From contig NZ_JAMLIW010000008.1 of NCBI RefSeq assembly GCF_023953935.1, positions 26,067-90,066 on the forward strand: a stretch of DNA of 64,000 nt, given 5' to 3'. A model generated the notes under the pieces. The model was not told the origin of the DNA. It ran no database searches and saw nothing but the letters and a program-made list of their open reading frames with translations. The position numbers and the translations under genes were made by a program. Source of the stretch: Thermomonas sp. Lineage in GTDB: Bacteria > Pseudomonadota > Gammaproteobacteria > Xanthomonadales > Xanthomonadaceae. Positions within the stretch are counted from its first letter, which is position 1, and each line of letters starts with the position of its first letter. This document shows, piece by piece, positions 54,433-61,577 of this stretch.

Positions 54433-55029
54433 ATGGCCAAGCTCAAGAAGTCCGCCAGCAAGCACTCGTCCGGCGCCAAAACCTCCGCACCGAAGTCCGA
54501 CGCACCGCGCATGAACCGCTCGATCACCGAATCCGCGCAACAGATCTGGCTGGCCGGCATGGGCGCCTTCAACCGCGCCCAGGCCGAAGGTGGCCGCCTG
54601 TTCGAAAGCCTGGTCCGCGACGGCCTGTCGCTGGAGCAGACCGCGCGCCGCTTCGCCGGCAGCCGGGTGACGGGCGTCAAGGGTGCGGTCGAAGGCCGCG
54701 TCGGCCAGGCCAAGGAGCGCGCCGCCGACACTTGGGACAAGCTGGAGAAGGTGTTCGAAGAGCGCGTCCAGCGGGCGCTGGTCAAGCTGGGCGTCCCCGG
54801 CCGCGACGACCTCAACGCCTTGACCGAGCGCGTCGAGCGCCTGACCACCGCCCTGCACAAGCTCGGTGCCGCGCCGACTGCCGGCAGTGCAAGGAAAGCC
54901 GCCAGACCGGCGCGTCCGGCTGCCGCGAAAAAGGCCGGCGGCAAGGCCGCGCCGATCAAGAAAGCAGCCAAGTCCCGCAAGCCTGCTGCGAAGAAGACCA
55001 AATCGGGCGCGGCCAACCCGGCGGCGTGA
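54433..55029 (+). CDS. phasin (PHA granule-associated protein, PhaF/PhaI-type) with histone-H1-like Ala/Lys tail
   Basis: 198 aa. ..QQIWLAGMGAFNRAQAEGGRLFESLVRDG.. phasin core. C-terminal tail ARPAAAKKAGGKAAPIKKAAKSRKPAAKKTKS. Confidence 0.85.
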   Translation: MAKLKKSASKHSSGAKTSAPKSDAPRMNRSITESAQQIWLAGMGAFNRAQAEGGRLFESLVRDGLSLEQTARRFAGSRVTGVKGAVEGRVGQAKERAADTWDKLEKVFEERVQRALVKLGVPGRDDLNALTERVERLTTALHKLGAAPTAGSARKAARPARPAAAKKAGGKAAPIKKAAKSRKPAAKKTKSGAANPAA

Positions 55030-55223
55030 AGGATGCCGTCGGCCGCGAGGTCGACCGATCCCGACCTGACACTGGCTATCCGGGCCATGTCCGACGCCTG
55101 CACGCCAGGCGTCCCTCGCCCGTCACGGCCTCGTCATTCGAACGGCAATGCCGGAAATCTGCTGCCATGGATGGCCGGCCGCGGGTGATTCACGCAAGTG
55201 GTTGATCCGCGTGCATCCCAAGT

Positions 55224-55278
55224 CCCGCCAGTCCGCCTCTGCTGCGCTCCCCCTCCCGCGACTGATCGGACTGGCGGG
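55224..55278. repeat. 12-bp perfect inverted repeat CCCGCCAGTCCG ... CGGACTGGCGGG upstream of the Mrr-like gene
   Basis: Arms at 55224-55235 and 55267-55278 with a 31-nt C-rich loop, read from the sequence. Confidence 0.7.
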
Positions 55279-55361
55279 CATCATTCCAAGGCCTCGCAGG
55301 CTGCCCAAGAACGCGTGCGGCGCGCTATAGTTGCGCCCAGCTCACAGCAAGCGCACAACGC

Positions 55362-56348
55362 ATGATTCCTTTCTTGATCGCACTGGTTGTTTTTGCCGGC
55401 GTCGGCGCAGGCTTGACCGTTTGGCTGCGGGGCAAGGGCGGCGTGCCGCAGGCCGAGCCGACGCGGCGCGGTGCAGAGCAACTTGCCCAGCTGCGCTGGC
55501 GCGATTTCGCCCGGCTGGTGCTGCAGGCCATGCACGGCCGCGGCTACCGCCCGGTGATCGGGCCGGACGATCCGCCCGACGGCATCCCCAGCGACGGCAG
55601 TGACATCCTGCTTGAACGCGGTGGGGAACGCGCGCTGCTCTCCTGCCAGTACGGCACCGGCGCCACGGTCGCGCCACAGGTCGTGGCAGCTGCCGCAACC
55701 AAGGCCTCCCTGCGCGGCGCCAGCCGGGTGATCGTGGTGACCCCGGGCCGTTTCGAAGGCGGCGTCAGCGATGTAGTCGCCCAGCATCAGGTCGAGCTGA
55801 TCGACGGCGAGACCCTGTGGCCGGAAGTGCGCCCCTACGTCGCCCATCCCGAAGACCCGGTGTCAAATACACCGCCGCCGGCCGCGATTGCGCCCAAATC
55901 CCTGGCCTTTGCCTGGCTCGGTGCGGCGCTGGCCGGCGGATTGGCCTTCGTGGTCGTGGATGGGCTCATGCCTGCCACCACCGACAGCGGAGCCACCGTC
56001 GCTGCCCCTGCAGCGGCTTCCGCGCCAGTGGCGCAGCCCCCCAAGCCCGCTGCGGCGCCCCAGGACGAACGTCCCGCCATCCCCGGCGTTCCCACCGATA
56101 CCCGCGAACTCGACCAGCGCCGCAAGGAGGCTGCCAATGCGGTGGCCACGCTGTTTGGCGTCAGCCGCGCCCTGTGGTCCAGCCAGTCGACCCTGATGGT
56201 CTATCTGTCCTCGGAAAACGCGGATCCGATCAACGACATCTGCCCGCTGCTCGAACAGTACCCGGAACTGGCGGCCTCGCGCATCCAGCTGCAGCCGCCG
56301 GACGGCAGCGACAAACCGGTGCGCTTCACCCACTGCCGGGCCTATTGA
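55362..56348 (+). CDS. membrane-anchored restriction-endonuclease-fold (Mrr_cat-like) protein
   Basis: 328 aa. N-terminal TM IPFLIALVVFAGVGAGLTVWL. LRWRDFARLVLQAMHGRGY..DGSDILLERGGERALLSCQYG resembles the Mrr catalytic domain. Then a second TM, a Pro/Ala linker and a ~90-aa C-terminal domain. Confidence 0.65.
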   Translation: MIPFLIALVVFAGVGAGLTVWLRGKGGVPQAEPTRRGAEQLAQLRWRDFARLVLQAMHGRGYRPVIGPDDPPDGIPSDGSDILLERGGERALLSCQYGTGATVAPQVVAAAATKASLRGASRVIVVTPGRFEGGVSDVVAQHQVELIDGETLWPEVRPYVAHPEDPVSNTPPPAAIAPKSLAFAWLGAALAGGLAFVVVDGLMPATTDSGATVAAPAAASAPVAQPPKPAAAPQDERPAIPGVPTDTRELDQRRKEAANAVATLFGVSRALWSSQSTLMVYLSSENADPINDICPLLEQYPELAASRIQLQPPDGSDKPVRFTHCRAY

Positions 56349-56435
56349 GCCACCTGATCCACGATTCGGTCAGCGTCGGGACTCGCAGCTGACCGGATCG
56401 ATTCAATCAGCGCCGAAGCCGCTACCCGACGCGGG

Positions 56436-57293
56436 TCATTCGATCTGTTCACGCGCCCATGCCGCGTCCAGGGTCTCCATCGCGTCCAGCGGCTTGCATT
56501 TGGCGGCTTTCTCGTAGGCCTCGGCGGCGGCGTCCTCGTTGCGGCGCGCATCCAGCAACAGCAGCAGGTTGCCATGCTCGACATGGGCAATCGGCGAGGC
56601 GGGCGTGAGTTTGAGCGCCTCGCGAATATGCTTCTCGGCTTCGGAGGCCTTGGCGCCATAGGTCAGCCCGCCGATCATCGCACCGATCTTGCCGACGATC
56701 TCGGCGTGGTACAGCGCCAGTGCCGTATGCGCCTCGGCGTGCTTGGGCGCCAACGCCAGTGCCGCATCCAGCGAGGTACGCACCTTGCCCGCGATCCCCA
56801 GCTTGAGCGCTTTGGCGATCGAAATGCCCTGGCTGTAGCGGCCCAGCGCGAAGGCGTGGCGATAGTGGCTGTTGGCCTCATCCGGCAAAGCCTTGATCGC
56901 CGCCTCGGCCAGCTTGCCGGCCTGCTCGTAGCGGCGCAGGCGCTCGTCTTCGTCTTCCACCAGATAGGTTGAATGGATTCCCACTGCCTTCACCGCCACC
57001 GATGCACCGACCGGGCCCAGGGCTGCGCCGGCTTCATGCGCCTGCTGGAAGTCGCCGCGATGGAAGGCGCGCCAAGCGTCCTGCAAGGCCGTCGCCAGCG
57101 CCTCCGCGTCGAGCTTGGGCGCGAGCTTGCCGGCGGCCTTGAGCAATGCTGCAGCGTGCTTGGCATCCGGAAACGGCTCACAGTCACCGGCGTGCAATTT
57201 CGGCCAGGCTTTCTTCAGCGCATCGCCCGCGTACTGGAAGGCCTTGGCGTCATGCGGGAACGCAGCCCAGGCGGGAGATTTCTTCGCGGCCAT
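56436..57293 (-). CDS. all-helical, TPR-like hypothetical protein
   Basis: 285 aa from the ATG at 57293 (MAAKKSPAWAAF..). High GC3 and repeated Ala-rich helix pairs. No motif recognised. Confidence 0.6.
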   Translation of the reverse strand: MAAKKSPAWAAFPHDAKAFQYAGDALKKAWPKLHAGDCEPFPDAKHAAALLKAAGKLAPKLDAEALATALQDAWRAFHRGDFQQAHEAGAALGPVGASVAVKAVGIHSTYLVEDEDERLRRYEQAGKLAEAAIKALPDEANSHYRHAFALGRYSQGISIAKALKLGIAGKVRTSLDAALALAPKHAEAHTALALYHAEIVGKIGAMIGGLTYGAKASEAEKHIREALKLTPASPIAHVEHGNLLLLLDARRNEDAAAEAYEKAAKCKPLDAMETLDAAWAREQIE

Positions 57294-57427
57294 GTCGATC
57301 AGCTCCAGAGTCCGGTGTGGATGGGAGCATCGGGCCAGTCGGCCGCGATGGCAAGTGCGCCGGTAGTGTGATTGCTCCACACGACGGCGCGACCATGGTC
57401 ATAGTCACCCAGACCACGGAGAGCACC

Positions 57428-57868
57428 ATGGCCGCCCGCAAGTCCAGCAAGTCCCGCGCCCAGCGCGCCGAAGCCCTCGACCTCAATCCGCGTCATCTGT
57501 GGCTGGCCGCGCTCGGCGCCGCCGTCGCCGCACGCCGCGGTGCGGCCGGCGTTGCCCACGAGGCCGGCCTGCGCACCCGGATTGCCGCCGCCGACGCCCG
57601 CTACGCGCTGCGCAATCTCGATGCCAACACCCGCGCCGGCATCGAAAGCCTGAGCGACCGCATCCAGCCGTTCCTGTGCCCGATCGGCCGCACCGTGCAG
57701 GCCGGCATCGCGCCGCTTGCGCAGCGGGTTGGCCTCAGCCTCGGCCCGCAGCACGCCGCCCGCCGCAAGGCGGACAAGCCCGCAAAGACGAGCGCCCGGC
57801 GCAGCCCGGCCCGCACGTCGGGCACGGCCAAGCGCGCGGGCCGCAAGACCGCTCGGGCTGTGGGCTGA
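57428..57868 (+). CDS. small phasin-like protein with basic C-terminal tail
   Basis: 146 aa with GGAGAG 6 nt upstream. ..RHLWLAALGAAVAARRG.. resembles the WLAGMGAF phasin core of 54433..55029. Tail RRKADKPAKTSARRSPARTSGTAKRAGRKTA. Confidence 0.5.
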   Translation: MAARKSSKSRAQRAEALDLNPRHLWLAALGAAVAARRGAAGVAHEAGLRTRIAAADARYALRNLDANTRAGIESLSDRIQPFLCPIGRTVQAGIAPLAQRVGLSLGPQHAARRKADKPAKTSARRSPARTSGTAKRAGRKTARAVG

Positions 57869-57875
57869 TCGTCAC

Positions 57876-57908
57876 GCCGGCAGCGCCGGGACGTTCGGTG
57901 CTGCCGGC
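57876..57908 (+). terminator. possible terminator hairpin after the phasin-like gene
   Basis: GCCGGCAGC-N15-GCTGCCGGC starting 8 nt after the stop codon. Weak T-tract. Confidence 0.4.
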
Positions 57909-57959
57909 AGTTGTCCCCGATTCATGCCACATCGCGGCGGCGCGAAATCCGATGTCGTC

Positions 57960-58586
57960 TCAATCGCGATAGGCACCGGTCAGCGTATTGAGGTGCAGCC
58001 GTTCGGCATCGCGCAGGAATGGCGCGATTGAAAGCATGACCTGGACGATGCCATCGCGAATCGACTTGCGTTCGTCGTGCTCGCCGCGCGCCGAGGCGTA
58101 GTTCAGCCAGAAGGTCGCGATCACCAGGATATTGGTGGACGCGGCATCGAGTTCCGCGGCCGAGGCGCGCATGATCTCGGCGCGCTGGAGCCCGCGCAGC
58201 ACGGTTCGGGCGCGCTCGTCGGCGCGCTTGAGGATGCGCGCGAAGCGCATCCGCAGGCGCCGGTTGCGGGTCAGGATGTCGACCAGATCGCGATACAGGA
58301 AGCGGTAATCCCAGATGCACTCGAACACCAGGTGCAGCTGCAGCCAGATGTCCTCCAGCCCCGGCAGCCGCCCCTCGGGCGCCGCCAGCGCCGCATCCAT
58401 CCGCGCCTCGTAGCCGGCGAACAGCTGCTCGATGATGTCGTCCTTGTTGCGGAAGTGGTAGTACAGGTTGCCCGGGCTGATTTCCAGCTCGTCGGCGATG
58501 TGGTTGGTGGTGACGTTTGGCTCGCCCTGCGCGTTGAACATCGCAAGCGAAGCATCGAGGATGCGCTGGCGGGTTTGCCTGGCCAC
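57960..58586 (-). CDS. TetR/AcrR-family transcriptional regulator
   Basis: 208 aa. N-terminal HTH RQRILDASLAMFNAQGEPNVTTNHIADELEISPGNLYYHFRNKDDI. Confidence 0.92.
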   Translation of the reverse strand: MARQTRQRILDASLAMFNAQGEPNVTTNHIADELEISPGNLYYHFRNKDDIIEQLFAGYEARMDAALAAPEGRLPGLEDIWLQLHLVFECIWDYRFLYRDLVDILTRNRRLRMRFARILKRADERARTVLRGLQRAEIMRASAAELDAASTNILVIATFWLNYASARGEHDERKSIRDGIVQVMLSIAPFLRDAERLHLNTLTGAYRD

Positions 58587-58598
58587 GAATGATCCCGA

Positions 58599-58856
58599 TC
58601 AGGCCGTGAGTTTTTTCACCAGATCGATGTACTTCTGCATCGCCTGCGCCTGATCGGTGCCCGCAAGCTTGCTCCAGGCCTCGTACTTGGCGGTGGCCAC
58701 GAAGTCGAAGAAGCCCGGCTTGGGGCCGCTGACATCACCCTCGCTGCCCTGCTTGTACAGCGCGTACAGGCGCAGCAGAGTGTCGTTGTCGGGCTTTTCC
58801 TTGAGCCCCTTGATGGCGACCGCCGCCTGTTCGAACGCGGCCTTGAGATCGGCCAT
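58599..58856 (-). CDS. acyl-CoA-binding protein (ACBP)
   Basis: 85 aa from the ATG at 58856. MADLKAAFEQAAVAIKGLKEKPDNDTLLRLYALYKQGSEGDV..KYEAW is the classic ACBP fold signature. Confidence 0.9.
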   Translation of the reverse strand: MADLKAAFEQAAVAIKGLKEKPDNDTLLRLYALYKQGSEGDVSGPKPGFFDFVATAKYEAWSKLAGTDQAQAMQKYIDLVKKLTA

Positions 58857-59004
58857 GGCACACCTCCTCGGCTTGGATGCAGGCATGACAACACGCACCG
58901 GCGCAAGGGTCAATACGGGGGAGCATTGTCGCGCGGCCGAAGGTCTGGCAACGTAGGCACCACGGCGTGCATCGATATCCACTCAACATGGGCAGGGACT
59001 GGGC

Positions 59005-60987
59005 ATGAGCTATTTCGTCACCGGCGGCACCGGCTTCATCGGTCGGCATCTGATCGACCTCCTCCTCAAGCGCAAAGGCACCATCCACGTGCTGGTGCGC
59101 AAGGAATCGATGAAGAAATTCACCGCGCTGGCGAAGAGGCAGGGCTGGGACGGCAAGCGCGTCGTGGCGGTGGCCGGCGACATGACCGCGCCGCGCTGCG
59201 GGTTGAGTGCCGCGCAGGTGCGCAGCCTCGGTGGCGGCAAGATCAAGCATTTCTTCCACCTGGCCGCGATCTACGACATGGCGGCGGATGCCGAATCGCA
59301 GCGGGCGGCCAATGTCGATGGCACCCAGCACGCGCTGGACCTCGCCGCCGCGCTCAAGGCCGGCTGCTTCCACCACGCCAGCTCGATCGCCGCGGCCGGC
59401 ATGTATCCGGGCGTGTTCCGCGAAGACATGTTCGACGAGGCCGAGGGGCTGAACAATCCCTACCTGCGCACCAAGCACGATTCCGAAGGCCTGGTGCGCG
59501 CCGAAAAGCGGGTCAAGTGGCGGATCTACCGGCCGGGCATGGTGGTCGGCCATTCGCAGACCGGCGAGATCGACAAGATCGACGGCCCGTACTATTTCTT
59601 CACCTTCCTCAAGAAGCTGCGCGAAATGCTGCCGCAGTGGATGCCCACGCTGGGCATCGAAGGTGGCCGCATCAATCTGGTTCCGGTCGATTTCGTCGCC
59701 GCGGCGATGGATCACATCGCCCACAAGCCGCGCCTCGACGGCCACTGCTTCCACCTCACCGATCCCGATCCGATGCGCGCCGGCGAAGTCCTCAATACCT
59801 TCGCCCGCGCCGGCCACGCGCCGGAAATGACCATGCGCATCGACGCGCGCATGTTCGCGTTCCTGCCCGGTGGCGTGCGTGCCGCGATCGGTGGGCTGCC
59901 GCCGGTGCGGCGCTTCGTCGGCATGCTGCTGCGCGATTTCCGCATCCCGAAGGACGTGCTCGGCTTCATCACCTACCCCACCCGCTTCGACAACCGCGAG
60001 GCCGAACGTGCGCTCAAAGGCAGCGGCATTGCGGTGCCGCCGCTGGAATCCTACGCATGGCGGCTGTGGGATTACTGGGAACGCCACCTCGACCCGGATC
60101 TGTTCATCGACCACTCGCTCAAGGGCAAGGTGCGCGGCAAGGTGGTGGTGATCACCGGCGGCTCCTCCGGCATTGGCCTGTCCACCGCGCAGAAAGTGGC
60201 GGCGGCGGGTGCCATCACCGTCATCGTCGCCCGCCGCGAGGATGAATTGTTCGCCGCGCGCGATGCCATGATCGCCGCCGGCGGCAAGGTGTTCGCCTAC
60301 ACCGCAGATCTGGCCGACATGGCCGACTGCGACCGCCTGGTGGCGACCGTGCTGGAAAAGCACGGCCACGTCGACGTGCTGGTCAACAACGCCGGGCGCT
60401 CGATCCGGCGCTCGATCGCGCTCAGCTTCGACCGCTTCCACGATTTCGAGCGCACCATGCAGCTCAACTACTTCGGCAGCCTGCGCCTGATCATGGGCTT
60501 CATGCCGAAGATGATCGAGCGCCGCAAGGGCCACATCATCAACATCAGCTCGATTGGCGTGCTGGCCAACTCGCCGCGGTTCTCCGCCTACGTGGCGTCG
60601 AAGGCGGCGCTGGATGCCTTCAGCCGCTGCGCGCAGGGCGAGCTGTCGGGCAAGCATATCGCCTTCACCACCATCAACATGCCGCTGGTGAAGACGCCGA
60701 TGATCGCGCCGACCAAGATGTACGACAGCGTGCCGACCCTGACTCCGGACGAGGCCGCCGACCTGGTGGTCAAGGGGATCATCGAGCGTCCCAGCCGGAT
60801 CGCCACGCGCCTCGGCATCTTCTCGGCGTTGATCAACGCGGTGGCGCCGAAGGCCTACGAGGTGGTGATGAGCACCGCCTTCGAACTGTTCCCGGATTCC
60901 TCGGCCGCCAAGGGCGAAGGCAAGGATGCGGCGCCCAGCCAGGAGCAGATCGCGTTCGCGGCGTTGATGCGCGGGGTGCACTGGTAG
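59005..60987 (+). CDS. two-domain fatty acyl-CoA reductase (N-terminal FAR/NAD-binding domain fused to C-terminal SDR domain)
   Basis: 660 aa. First Rossmann motif YFVTGGTGFIGRHL; second VVVITGGSSGIGLS with YVASKAAL (SDR YxxxK). Size and layout resemble the ~661-aa Marinobacter fatty acyl-CoA reductase as I recall it. Confidence 0.8.
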   Translation: MSYFVTGGTGFIGRHLIDLLLKRKGTIHVLVRKESMKKFTALAKRQGWDGKRVVAVAGDMTAPRCGLSAAQVRSLGGGKIKHFFHLAAIYDMAADAESQRAANVDGTQHALDLAAALKAGCFHHASSIAAAGMYPGVFREDMFDEAEGLNNPYLRTKHDSEGLVRAEKRVKWRIYRPGMVVGHSQTGEIDKIDGPYYFFTFLKKLREMLPQWMPTLGIEGGRINLVPVDFVAAAMDHIAHKPRLDGHCFHLTDPDPMRAGEVLNTFARAGHAPEMTMRIDARMFAFLPGGVRAAIGGLPPVRRFVGMLLRDFRIPKDVLGFITYPTRFDNREAERALKGSGIAVPPLESYAWRLWDYWERHLDPDLFIDHSLKGKVRGKVVVITGGSSGIGLSTAQKVAAAGAITVIVARREDELFAARDAMIAAGGKVFAYTADLADMADCDRLVATVLEKHGHVDVLVNNAGRSIRRSIALSFDRFHDFERTMQLNYFGSLRLIMGFMPKMIERRKGHIINISSIGVLANSPRFSAYVASKAALDAFSRCAQGELSGKHIAFTTINMPLVKTPMIAPTKMYDSVPTLTPDEAADLVVKGIIERPSRIATRLGIFSALINAVAPKAYEVVMSTAFELFPDSSAAKGEGKDAAPSQEQIAFAALMRGVHW

Positions 60988-61027
60988 CGAGCGGCCGGGT
61001 CGGGAGTTGCCCGCTGCAGAATGCAAC

Positions 61028-61269
61028 GCGTCGCGGGTCGCCCGGTCGGGTTCGTACGGCGCGGGCCGCGATGCGTCGCGGACCACACGATCGCTAAATG
61101 CATGGCGCGGGCTGTGATGCGTCGCGGGTCACCCGGTCGGGTTCGCCGCTCAAGCTATGCGTCCAGCTTCGATTCGCGGCCGCAGGCCATCCATGGCCTG
61201 CTCGAACCCGACCGGGCAACCCGCGACCTGTAGGCTCTCGCGTTCTGCGGTCTGAAACCGCGGTTTCAG
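61028..61269. repeat. REP-like family A: GCGTCGCGGGTC(G/A)CCCGGTCGGGTTCG, two direct copies, one partial and one inverted copy, plus the palindrome CTGAAACCGCGGTTTCAG
   Basis: Copies at 61028-61054, 61073-61083 (partial), 61119-61145, and inverted at 61203-61227. The 18-bp palindrome is at 61252-61269. Confidence 0.8.
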
Positions 61270-61335
61270 GGGCGGCCATCGCTTCAGGATCTTGAACCGC
61301 AAACAAAACCTGACGTGCTGCACAGAAGCCCCAAG

Positions 61336-61538
61336 GTCGCCTGCCTGCGTGATCGGTCCGAGCGGGCCAAGGATGGCCCGCGGCCGCGCATCGGAGCAGG
61401 AAGCGCAGCTTGCGCGGCGGGCCGATCACGCAGGCAGGCGACCGGCGCGGACGCAAGCGCGAACCGACTGTCAGAACGAACAACCACAGGCAGGATCGTC
61501 TGCTTGCGCGGCGGGCCGGGCACGCAGGCAGGCAGGCG
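61336..61538. repeat. REP-like family B: GTCGCCTGCCTGCGTGATCGG and its inverse, plus a direct repeat CTTGCGCGGCGGGCCG(A/G).CACGCAGGCAGGC
   Basis: 21-bp arms at 61336-61356 and 61422-61442. Direct copies at 61409-61440 and 61503-61538. Confidence 0.8.
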
Positions 61539-61577
61539 GCCGGCACAGACGCAAGCAAGACTCCGGAAGGCCCCGTA

